Made by a program: the position numbers and the translations under genes. A DNA stretch of 63,870 nt, the filler included, from Trichomonas gallinae (taxonomy: Eukaryota): NCBI GenBank assembly GCA_008369845.1. It is 7 parts of 7 records of this genome, joined end to end, with 100 filler letters (N's around TTAATTAATTAA, not from the genome) between each part and the next. Parts side by side here need not be neighbours in the genome. Positions count along the whole stretch, not along the records: positions 19,604 to 30,444 come from MRSU01001476.1; positions 30,545 to 36,927 come from MRSU01001477.1; 5 more parts are not named here. One strand, written 5' to 3'. Each line of letters begins with the position of its first letter. Positions within the stretch are counted from its first letter, which is position 1. Positions 21,590 to 30,920 of the stretch are shown piece after piece. Under the pieces are notes generated by a model. That model ran no database searches and had not been told where the DNA came from. It saw only the letters and a program-made list of their open reading frames with translations.

Positions 21590-23254
21590 ATGTCTCGGAA
21601 GAAAGCTGAAAATAGTGGCAGTGAATCCTATTACAGCGACGATGATTATTCGAAACCAAAACAAAACCAACCTAAGTTCATCAATGCTGTAAATGGCTCT
21701 GATTACGATTCTGATTATTCAGATCACCCTGCGCCAAAGGCTCCTATACAAAAGAAAGGCAAGAAATTTGATAATAGCAGTGATTCTGATGATGTTCCTG
21801 TTCAAACAAGGAATAAAATTTATCATTCTTCAGATCATGATGATTACTCAAGTTCTGATGAAACTCCAGTTAAAAATCCACCTGCTAAAGGTAACCAAGT
21901 AATTGATTTGGTCATTGACTATACAAAAAATTCAAAAACTAATATTCCAATGAAACCAGCAACATCATCTCTTGATATGCAATTAAAACAGATAAGTCAG
22001 CAAGTTACTAAAAAATCAGAATCATCTTCTGAATATTCGGATGATGAAAAGAAAATAGCTCCAACAACAACGAAAATCATCTCAGGAGCTGCCAATGATT
22101 ATGACACAGATCAAGTATCAGCCGATGAGAAGAAGAATGATCAAGAATGCGAATATTACTCTGAAGAAGAAACAAAGACGCCACAAACAAAAGCTGCTGA
22201 TGATTATTATTACTCAGAGTACTACAGTGATGATGACAAACCAGCTGTAACTAAAAAAGAAGAACCACAAGAGGAAGAAGAAGATCCTGATGCTGCTCCA
22301 GAGGAAATTACAGCTGCTGCCCCAGAAGAGGAAGTTCCTGTTCAAGAGACAAAGCCAAAACAGAAAAATCAAAAATCAGATAATAATATCAACAAAAACG
22401 ACAAAGAAAACAGTACTTATAAGAAGATGTATGATGATATATATAAGAAACTTCAGAAACAATTCCAAAAACAACTAAATCAAAAACTCAATGATTTGAA
22501 ATCAGAAAAAGCCGAGTTAAAACGCAAAGAAGAAGAGTTAATCAAGCGCGAAAAAGCATTAGAGATTCGTGAAAACACACTAAAAAGGAAAGCAGCTGAA
22601 GAGCAGAAAAAGGAAGCTGCATTTCCAAAACCAATTACTGCAAAACGCTCAATTGAAGATCTTGATAATAAGAAACACAAGAAGCATAAATCTTCAAAGA
22701 AACTTTTCGCTGAGGATAAGAAAGAAACGCCATCTACACCAAAGAAGACACTAGATCAAATTGAACAAGAAAACATGCAAAAATCTACACCAAAGAAGAC
22801 ACTGGATCAAATTGAACAAGAAAACATGGTTACAGATGAAAAAATTCACATGATTTCAACGCCTAAGAAAACCCTGGATCAAATTGAGCAAGAAAATACT
22901 AAAAAGTTAGCTAAAAAGAAGACATTAGATCAGATTGAACAAACTAAGTCAACACCAAAGAAAGCCAATGAGCAAAAAGAACAAATAAAGTCAACACCTA
23001 AGAAAGAACAAGCAGACTCATTTGAAGACAAATTATTAGCAATGAAATCTAAATTTATGAATTCAAATACAGAAGAAAAAGATAAAGATGAATCAAATAA
23101 GAAACCTCCGCCTCGCAAGAACAAACCGGAAGAGGCCGAAGTTAAAGAATTAATTAGCAAAGAAATCAAAAACATAACAAAATCTATTAGAGACTCAAAT
23201 AAAAAAGGCGGCCATAAAGAGTTCAATAAGAAAAAATATGATGGCCGAAAATAG
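21590..23254 (+). CDS. Low-complexity Ser/Asp/Tyr- and Lys/Glu-rich protein with coiled coil and internal repeats
   Basis: First ATG at 21590; YYYSEYYSDDD tracts; repeated STPKKTLDQIEQE. Confidence 0.8.
   Translation: MSRKKAENSGSESYYSDDDYSKPKQNQPKFINAVNGSDYDSDYSDHPAPKAPIQKKGKKFDNSSDSDDVPVQTRNKIYHSSDHDDYSSSDETPVKNPPAKGNQVIDLVIDYTKNSKTNIPMKPATSSLDMQLKQISQQVTKKSESSSEYSDDEKKIAPTTTKIISGAANDYDTDQVSADEKKNDQECEYYSEEETKTPQTKAADDYYYSEYYSDDDKPAVTKKEEPQEEEEDPDAAPEEITAAAPEEEVPVQETKPKQKNQKSDNNINKNDKENSTYKKMYDDIYKKLQKQFQKQLNQKLNDLKSEKAELKRKEEELIKREKALEIRENTLKRKAAEEQKKEAAFPKPITAKRSIEDLDNKKHKKHKSSKKLFAEDKKETPSTPKKTLDQIEQENMQKSTPKKTLDQIEQENMVTDEKIHMISTPKKTLDQIEQENTKKLAKKKTLDQIEQTKSTPKKANEQKEQIKSTPKKEQADSFEDKLLAMKSKFMNSNTEEKDKDESNKKPPPRKNKPEEAEVKELISKEIKNITKSIRDSNKKGGHKEFNKKKYDGRK
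22733..23005 (+). repeat. Coding repeat STPKKTLDQIEQE
   Basis: 4 copies of KKTLDQIEQ and 5 of STPKK, also visible at DNA level (tctacaccaaagaagacact.gatcaaattgaacaagaaaac). Confidence 0.9.
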
Positions 23255-23439
23255 ATAATTTTTAATGTTAGATAGAGTTTTAAATAAAAATATACAGTTA
23301 TTAAATAGACTTTTCCGCGGACACTTCCAGTGTCCTATGTTTTGTTGCTTTTCCTTAAAATTGTTACTTGACGTCACTATTGTTACTTTTCTTCAACCTA
23401 GTGAAGGCTCAAAGATTTACAATGTCAGAACTTCATTTT

Positions 23440-23865
23440 TATATTGACAGATTCCTAATGAACAGGATCTTGTTGTTCAGGATCCTTTGGTACAATGTGA
23501 TCTGAATAATCAGATCCATTCATAGCATTGATGAACTTAGGCGGTGTTTATTTTGATTGTTGTCAGATATTGTAAAATTCACAAATTTACAATTTCAGCA
23601 TATCAAATTTACATTGACAAATTTCAAATGTACAGTATGATCTGAATTGTTGGTGTATAGGAGCCTTTGGTACTGAGTGATCTGAATAATAAAAATCATT
23701 ATCAGAATCATTTACAGCATTGATGATTTAGACAAGCTTTTAGTAATCAAATTTGACAACATCAAAATTCACAGAATTACATTGTCAAAATCTACAATTT
23801 ACATTGTCAAAAATTATTAATTTACATCGTCAAAATTTTACAATTTACATTGACAGATTCCTAAT
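23440..23865. repeat. Degenerate ~180-nt duplicated intergenic unit ending in phased TTTACATTGTCAAA motifs
   Basis: cctttggtac..gtgatctgaataat occurs twice (~23484, ~23664); ttgacagattcctaat at both ends; motif at 23777, 23798, 23821, 23844. Confidence 0.75.
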
Positions 23866-23901
23866 TTTTATTTTATAAATTATAAACGGCAATTTTTTTC
23901 A

Positions 23902-26229
23902 ATGAGAGTTAAAACACCAACGAAAATTTTTGCAAAGCCCGGAGAAAAGTCTCCAATGCAGAAACCAAAAGAAATCAAACGTCGAAATATCAAGTTTGCA
24001 TTCCTTCCTTTAAGTTCTATTCACATCGATGTTTCAAATTCAACGATACAAGACTTTTCTTTCTTAGAAAGGTTCAGCAGACTCGCTAGCATAGATGCTA
24101 GAAATACACTCATCCAAAATGTTCAATCAGCTCCTTTAAGGCCTTTAATCGAATACATCAGTTTAGATGATTCACCGATAACAATGCAACCTTTCTACAG
24201 GCTCATGCTTTTATGTACAATAGGAAACCAAATACAGAGCATTGATGGTGTTTCAGTGACAAATGAAGAAAAAGAACAAGGAAAGAAGTTATTACCTGTA
24301 ATTCAAAAGTATTTATACGATGGATACGCAATAAAATCCATTGATCCTTTAGTTGTCATCAGAGGTGAGACCGAAATCGAGATTGATCCTGAAACAGGAG
24401 AAAAATTGAGCGAAACTGAGATTAAAATCAATCAAACAACGATAATTATTGAAGAATTTGCTAAACAAGTTAATGAAGTTAAGTCAGAAATGGGCCTCGA
24501 TAATAAAGAAGTTGTTGTTGAAGAAATCATGAAATCTCCACAGAAAGTTGATTACTCACCTTATCTTTCTCCATCCAAGTTCCATGTAGAGCCACCACCA
24601 GAGGAGATAAGCCCATTCAAGAAAGCTTTCAACAAGCATTTATCTCCAAAAGATTATCTTAAGGCTAATGACATCTATAACTCTCCAGAAAAGCGCCGTG
24701 AGACACAAATGGAAATCACCACAATGATGGAGAGCCATGGAATTCTTTCTGATGAGATTGATTTGCTTGCAACACCACTCCATCAGCATGATAACGAAAT
24801 TCCATCAGAACTACACATTGACACACAACTTGAAGAAGAAGAACTCGGCGATGCAGAGATAATCCCAGTTTCTGCCGAAAATGCAGATTTGATTGATACA
24901 ACGAAATCTGCTGCTGACATCTTTGAAGCTGCATCAGTGATTACCAGCCCACACAAAGCTATGGACTTAGCTCGCAAATCTCAGAAAGCTAAATCAAAGA
25001 TTCCAACGAGAATCTCGAGCCCGGTCAAAGATGTATACGAAGATAAGTGCATCATGCCTCCCTTGTCACCTGTTCTCAAATCCATTGTGATGGAAGAGGA
25101 TGATCAAGATATTGCAGCCAAAGAAGAAGAATTCAGGAGAGAACTGAGGTTCTTCCCATCTCCACGCGCATCAAGAAAGAGAGACTCATTCATCAACGAG
25201 GATGAAACCCTCAATGACCAAAACAATGAAGAAGAAGAAAAGAAAGTAAGCGAAGATCAAGAAGATAATGTTCATAAAGAAGAACAAAGCAAAGATATTA
25301 ATGAGGAAGAGGAAAAGAAAGAAGAAGTTTGTAATGAAAAAGTAGAAGAAACAAAAGAAATCGAAATTCATGAAGCAGAAGAGAAAATTGAAGACGCTCA
25401 TCCAGAGGAAGAGCAGAATAAGGAGGATACTCATGATGTAGATAAGAACAAAGAAAATGCATGTGAGGAGGAAGATAAAAAGGAAATCGAGAATGCTGCC
25501 ACTGATGGAGATGATAAGAAGACTGATGAAGTTCATCGTGAAGAAGAAGATAAGAATGAAGTCAAGGACAAAGTCGAAGAAATGAAAGACGAAATTTCGA
25601 ATGAAGAAGAAGCAGAAAAAGAAAATATTCAGGAGCAATATAAGAATGAAAACCATGAGGAAGAACAGAAAGAGCAAACCATCATAGATGAAGAAAACAA
25701 AGTAAACGTTGATCATGATCATGAGCAAGAAGATGAAAAGAATGAAGTCCATGAAGAAGAAGAAAAGAAAGAAAATGAAAATCTCGAAACAGAAGAGCAA
25801 ACCGAAGATATGCACGAAGAAGATAAGAAGGAATCTGTTAATGAGAGTGCAGAAGAAAAGAGGGAAGAAAATGAAACTCATGATGAAGAAGAAAAGAAGG
25901 AATTTCCAGAAGCAGTTGATGAAGTTTCCAATGAAGAAAAACCAACTAACGAGGAGGAAGGAAACAGCGATAATAAGATCGAATTAGTCAATGAAATCGA
26001 AGACAATAAGGAGTCTAAAAAAGAAGACAATGAGAATTTGAATCACGAAGAAGAAAAGACAGAAGAAGCAGCAAAAGATGCGGAAGTCAAACAAAAAGAT
26101 GATAACAAAACCCAAGAAGCTTCAGTTGAAAAAGCTCAAGAAGAAGAAGATAACAAAGAGAATGTTCTGAATGAGAAAACAGATGCCGAAGAAAAGAATA
26201 ACAATGACGATGAACAAGACAAAGTTTAA
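23902..26229 (+). CDS. Protein with N-terminal LRR/LRR-cap and very acidic C-terminal half
   Basis: IHIDVSNSTI, LASIDARNTLI, YISLDDSPI...FYRLMLLC...IQSIDGVSVTNEE; Glu-rich tail. Confidence 0.8.
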   Translation: MRVKTPTKIFAKPGEKSPMQKPKEIKRRNIKFAFLPLSSIHIDVSNSTIQDFSFLERFSRLASIDARNTLIQNVQSAPLRPLIEYISLDDSPITMQPFYRLMLLCTIGNQIQSIDGVSVTNEEKEQGKKLLPVIQKYLYDGYAIKSIDPLVVIRGETEIEIDPETGEKLSETEIKINQTTIIIEEFAKQVNEVKSEMGLDNKEVVVEEIMKSPQKVDYSPYLSPSKFHVEPPPEEISPFKKAFNKHLSPKDYLKANDIYNSPEKRRETQMEITTMMESHGILSDEIDLLATPLHQHDNEIPSELHIDTQLEEEELGDAEIIPVSAENADLIDTTKSAADIFEAASVITSPHKAMDLARKSQKAKSKIPTRISSPVKDVYEDKCIMPPLSPVLKSIVMEEDDQDIAAKEEEFRRELRFFPSPRASRKRDSFINEDETLNDQNNEEEEKKVSEDQEDNVHKEEQSKDINEEEEKKEEVCNEKVEETKEIEIHEAEEKIEDAHPEEEQNKEDTHDVDKNKENACEEEDKKEIENAATDGDDKKTDEVHREEEDKNEVKDKVEEMKDEISNEEEAEKENIQEQYKNENHEEEQKEQTIIDEENKVNVDHDHEQEDEKNEVHEEEEKKENENLETEEQTEDMHEEDKKESVNESAEEKREENETHDEEEKKEFPEAVDEVSNEEKPTNEEEGNSDNKIELVNEIEDNKESKKEDNENLNHEEEKTEEAAKDAEVKQKDDNKTQEASVEKAQEEEDNKENVLNEKTDAEEKNNNDDEQDKV

Positions 26230-27066
26230 TTTATTATGTTTAAAATCAATCGTGAATAAACAAATTGTTTGTGTTAATTAGTGCTTTATTCAGTTTACAT
26301 GCTGTTAAATACGTCAGCATTTTCAGACTTATTGCTTAGGTTGTATATCAATATTGTATAAATTATTCTCATTTCATGTCAATATTTATTTACACTTATG
26401 GTATAAGCTCAGAATAAGTTTTATTAATAAATATATCAAATTCGTGATCCAATATTAACAATTTGAAAGGGAGATGCATTTTTTGAAAAAAAAACGACAA
26501 TAAGGTATTTGTAAAGTGTCAAAAATACAAAAAGTGCCACTCTTTAATGCAATTACAAAAGTGACATCGCATCACGCTTAGTTGATGTGATTTTAAAAAT
26601 AGTGATGCGCATATCAGTAATATAGACGTTCCAAATTCTTTGAGTCACTACGTTGCTACTCTTGATCGCATTTTACAGCTAGATCACGAAAATATAGGAG
26701 TCACAATGATATTCTTGTGCACCTACATTGACACAAATGATGAATATAAAAAGTTATTTCTGAAATTTATTGGATTGATGTAATGATTCATCCAAGGAAG
26801 TGAAAGTCCTTTAATACTTCCAATTCTAAATGGGAATATAGACAAAATACATTTCCTTGGATGAAACTCATGTGGGATTCTGAACACAGATCATATGAAT
26901 CTTCCGCAATCAGTATAATATGATTAAAATGTAACCTGAAGTTTTCGTGTAGTTTGCTATTCCATGGGCTCCATTTTGACATAAATTTCAATTCTATCGT
27001 ACTGATGTTGAATAAAAATAATCACAGCGAAAGGTAGAACTTAGGAACGAAATTAACCTTAATTAA

Positions 27067-30000
27067 ATGAATTCAAGAACATTTCATAGAACATTGAAGC
27101 TGCCATCAAATGTCGGAGAAACATTGTCTGGCAACTGGATGCCATCATTATATCCCGAGAATGCGCAAGGCTATGAACAAGTACTGTTCAATTTCCACAC
27201 TTACATTTTAATTTTTCATACGAAACAGAATAACTATGAAATAACCGAAAATAATACATACACGCAACAGTTGTTTACAAATATCGGCACAATTTGCCAC
27301 GGCCCTAAAGATTTTCAATTCGATTCATTTTTTGCAACAAAATCAAACAATATCATTCTTTTCGTATATGATGAAAGAGAAAATATGTTTATTGTCAAGT
27401 ATTCTTTCGTCACAGATCAAATTTTAATAGATCCTACATTTATTAACTTTTCTTCTGACAAATTAATAATTTCTTGCGATCATGGAAGTCTTGGATTATA
27501 TAGTATAACACCCAAAGAACAATTTTCTTACAATGCAAAACTTATTAAAGCAATTAAATCTAAAGGAATCACAATTGCAACAATAATTCAAAATGATGGT
27601 AATTTAGCACGTCTTGAAGTTACAAAATACAGAATTTATGACCCATCTACACTGGATCTTATTACTGAAAATAACTTAAAAGTTGATAATGCGCAAATTG
27701 CCCTTGTTGTACCATATTATCAAGGAACTTTGTTCTTTTTGGCACCTCCGTACAATATTTACTGGTATCGCACAAGCCAAGGCTTCTCTTCAGATTTATT
27801 CGATTATTTGTCTGTTGATGGAACTTTCATTGATTGGTGTCCTCTTAATACAGATTCTATTGTATTCCTTACAAATAAATCGAAGTTTTACGCCCTCAAT
27901 AACAATTCGCAATTATATATCCTTCCTTTTGTTCAAAACTGGGATCAAAATGTCGATTTTGCTAGGATTACAATGATTAAGCACAATGTAATTCTAGCCT
28001 TGAACACGAGCGGTGAATCTTTCATATTTCTTTATCAAAATTCAGTTTTGATACCATTTCGCACAAATTTTTTGCTTGGCTTGAGAAGTATCGCTGTATG
28101 TCAAACAGGGAACAAGATACTGCAGTCAATTTATTACCATAACAAAGCTGTTTCAATTTCTGGATTTGGACTTCAAAACAGAATCAAAACAATCGAAAAT
28201 ATTTTCATTGATTCAGAAATAACTAACTTATTCTCACAAACATCCAATAACACAACATTTCTTGTTATATCAAAAATTAATTCTTCCATTTTATGCAGAT
28301 ATGATCCATCAAATAATACAGTTATGACTGTTAACACAGATGCGTTCAATTTCAATTCACAAACAATTGGTTTTGGCTTACTACTTATTAATAACCAATT
28401 TGTGTTCATACAGGCTACTCCAGATTGCTTATATGCCTTCAATGAGCGACTTGAAAGGGTATCAGTTGAGTCAATGAAGATAAATCTAATTGATACAAAT
28501 CTAGCATTCGCAGTTTATGTAATAAATAACAATTCAGTTATTCTCAGGAATTATTCCACGAAAAACCAGACTGATTTCATCATTGATTGCGACAAAATCA
28601 ACTCTGTTTCTTTCTCTCGCAGCAATGAGAATCCATTAGTTTTATTTACATCAAGAGACAAAATTATTACATATCGAGCCAAAAATTTTGATCCTACAAA
28701 GAAGATAGAAATCAAAGTCGATCCATCTACAAAAGGATTTCCAGTCTCATCATTATTTATTGATGACAGTGTTGTCGTTATTGGCTACAATAATGGCCTC
28801 ATTCAGATTCTTAGATTTGCAGAAAAAACGTTGACAATCCTGAGTAAAACAATTGGTGAAGGCGCAATTCGTTTGGTTCGTTGTGGTGGAAATTCTGTTC
28901 TTGCTATCTGTTCAAGGCTTTATATGATTTCTCTAGCTAAGAGTGGATTAATTTCTCTGAAGCCTATAGGCCCTCAGAAAGCAAATTTCATTACATCTCT
29001 TCCTCGTCAATTGATCTGCGCGAATGATAAAAGTATCGGCTTCATGATTTGTAAGAACCTTTCTATAACATTTCATCCTGAAAAACATGAAGTTGTTTCG
29101 AGCATAATCAATGCTGAAGTGCTCCAAGATCATAATAATTTGAACATTGTTACAACGACAAAATTAGGCATTTACAAAATCACTCCCTACGATGATAATA
29201 AACCAAAGAGAGTTGTTTTGCATAAAGCAAACGATAATGAAACACTTATTGCTTCAAAGCTTGACAGCAGACTTTTAGCATGGATCACGAAGAACTCTCA
29301 GAATGGTGTTTATATGATTTATTTCATTAACTTGAAGTCATCAGAAATTGTACAACGCAACTTTAACCATGAAATTACGAAAATTAGTGTCAGAGCTGGC
29401 ACGACAGATTCACTGCCTGATATTGTTTGTGCTAACAATTTCTCAGTTTATTTACTCACTCCAAACCACAGTGCACTCAATCTTATTACTAAAGTTGATA
29501 TAAAATCTACGAATGTAACCGCAGTTTCCTTTATCAATAACACTTTATTGATTGGAGACAGCGATCTTGGCATACTGATGTACGAATACAACAATGCATC
29601 TCGTTCGTTCACCAAGTTGTCATCAATCAATTATGAAGGAAGATCTTTTATCACATGCATCAGTTCTCAAGCTCCAAAGAATGTAGTTGCAGTCGGCGAT
29701 AGATTTGGTAACATAAGATACTTCAATACTGATCCAAATATTCGTCCAATTTCCTACAACTTAGTGCCAGAAAACTACTTCAATGTTGGTGATCCTGTTG
29801 TTGGTGTTTTCCCAATGCAATCAATATTAAATGACAGAGCAGTTAATCTTATATGGTATTCCACAATCAGTGGTGAATGCGGTTACTTGTTCATAGGATT
29901 GTCTACGCCACAAATTCTTTTATACATAGAAGATCACGTTTGCGCTAACATTATGGAGCTAACTGGCATTAATCCGCATGAATTCAGAAGCAAAACGAGT

Positions 30001-30192
30001 CCATCTTATAGAATTGTTGATCTGGATATCGTCGAAGCTTATGCAAAACTATCGGAGGTACGCCAAGAGAAAATTGCAAGATTGATCAATGAAAGGATGA
30101 AACATCAAAATGAGACAAATGAATTCACAATTAATAGACAATATTGTTTAGATTATATATCCAAATATTTATCGATTACTCAAATATTTTAA
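27067..30192 (+). CDS. SF3B3/Rse1-like (DDB1/CPSF160 family) beta-propeller protein
   Basis: 1041 aa, beta-rich; C-terminal VAVGDRFGNI, YFNVGDPV, WYSTISGECGYL, GINPHEFRS..P...IVDLDIVE resemble SF3B3. Confidence 0.75.
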   Translation: MNSRTFHRTLKLPSNVGETLSGNWMPSLYPENAQGYEQVLFNFHTYILIFHTKQNNYEITENNTYTQQLFTNIGTICHGPKDFQFDSFFATKSNNIILFVYDERENMFIVKYSFVTDQILIDPTFINFSSDKLIISCDHGSLGLYSITPKEQFSYNAKLIKAIKSKGITIATIIQNDGNLARLEVTKYRIYDPSTLDLITENNLKVDNAQIALVVPYYQGTLFFLAPPYNIYWYRTSQGFSSDLFDYLSVDGTFIDWCPLNTDSIVFLTNKSKFYALNNNSQLYILPFVQNWDQNVDFARITMIKHNVILALNTSGESFIFLYQNSVLIPFRTNFLLGLRSIAVCQTGNKILQSIYYHNKAVSISGFGLQNRIKTIENIFIDSEITNLFSQTSNNTTFLVISKINSSILCRYDPSNNTVMTVNTDAFNFNSQTIGFGLLLINNQFVFIQATPDCLYAFNERLERVSVESMKINLIDTNLAFAVYVINNNSVILRNYSTKNQTDFIIDCDKINSVSFSRSNENPLVLFTSRDKIITYRAKNFDPTKKIEIKVDPSTKGFPVSSLFIDDSVVVIGYNNGLIQILRFAEKTLTILSKTIGEGAIRLVRCGGNSVLAICSRLYMISLAKSGLISLKPIGPQKANFITSLPRQLICANDKSIGFMICKNLSITFHPEKHEVVSSIINAEVLQDHNNLNIVTTTKLGIYKITPYDDNKPKRVVLHKANDNETLIASKLDSRLLAWITKNSQNGVYMIYFINLKSSEIVQRNFNHEITKISVRAGTTDSLPDIVCANNFSVYLLTPNHSALNLITKVDIKSTNVTAVSFINNTLLIGDSDLGILMYEYNNASRSFTKLSSINYEGRSFITCISSQAPKNVVAVGDRFGNIRYFNTDPNIRPISYNLVPENYFNVGDPVVGVFPMQSILNDRAVNLIWYSTISGECGYLFIGLSTPQILLYIEDHVCANIMELTGINPHEFRSKTSPSYRIVDLDIVEAYAKLSEVRQEKIARLINERMKHQNETNEFTINRQYCLDYISKYLSITQIF

Positions 30193-30444
30193 TAAAATGT
30201 TATTTATGTTCGTTTTGTAATTTCAAATGGAAATATATTCTATAAGACTATTATTTGCCAAAGTTTCAAGTCATAAATAATATAATTCTATATCGTATAA
30301 AATTGATATTTGGGTTTTCGATAAATATTTGGATAATTAATTTTCTTCTTCCATGAAATTAAAAATGGGAAATGTAAAAAATGAACGGCAACTCCGCTCT
30401 TTTGGTTTTTCGTCCCCTTCTTCTTTTTATTTTCCTATTCTGTT

Positions 30445-30544
30445 NNNNNNNNNNNNNNNNNNNNNNNNNNNNNNNNNNNNNNNNNNNNTTAATTAATTAA
30501 NNNNNNNNNNNNNNNNNNNNNNNNNNNNNNNNNNNNNNNNNNNN
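30445..30544. other. Artificial contig spacer
   Basis: N44-TTAATTAATTAA-N44. Confidence 0.97.
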
Positions 30545-30920
30545 ATGGACATAAAAATGATATTTTATAACTTTGAGATCTCAAATCCTATTATAAAGCC
30601 AGAAAGCGAGTTGAAACACTTCTTAAAATCGACACTTTAAATATATGCTATTTTGAGATGTGAATATAACAAAAAGTAAACAATTCAGTCATTCTCCAAA
30701 ATTAACTAACGTTCGGTTTTTAATATAATGATTATAGTAGAAATTGATAATAAAATTCTACTATGTAATGCAATTTGATCATTTCTTCTATATTGATTAT
30801 ATTATATAACTCCTCTATAATAATGATATAATGTTCTCGAAGTCTTTACATCAAAAATAAATCAAAAAAGTGAGATACTAACGAATCCTTTTTGTCACTT
30901 TTCAAACAGTTAATAGAGAA

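Noticed and set aside
25186..25881. Phe/Leu-rich antisense ORFs (also 30846-32280)
   Set aside because: Shadows of GAA-rich acidic coding sequence on the opposite strand.
26737..26763. Box C/D snoRNA (ATGATGA...CTGA)
   Set aside because: Boxes are only ~16 nt apart, too short, and such matches are expected by chance in AT-rich DNA.
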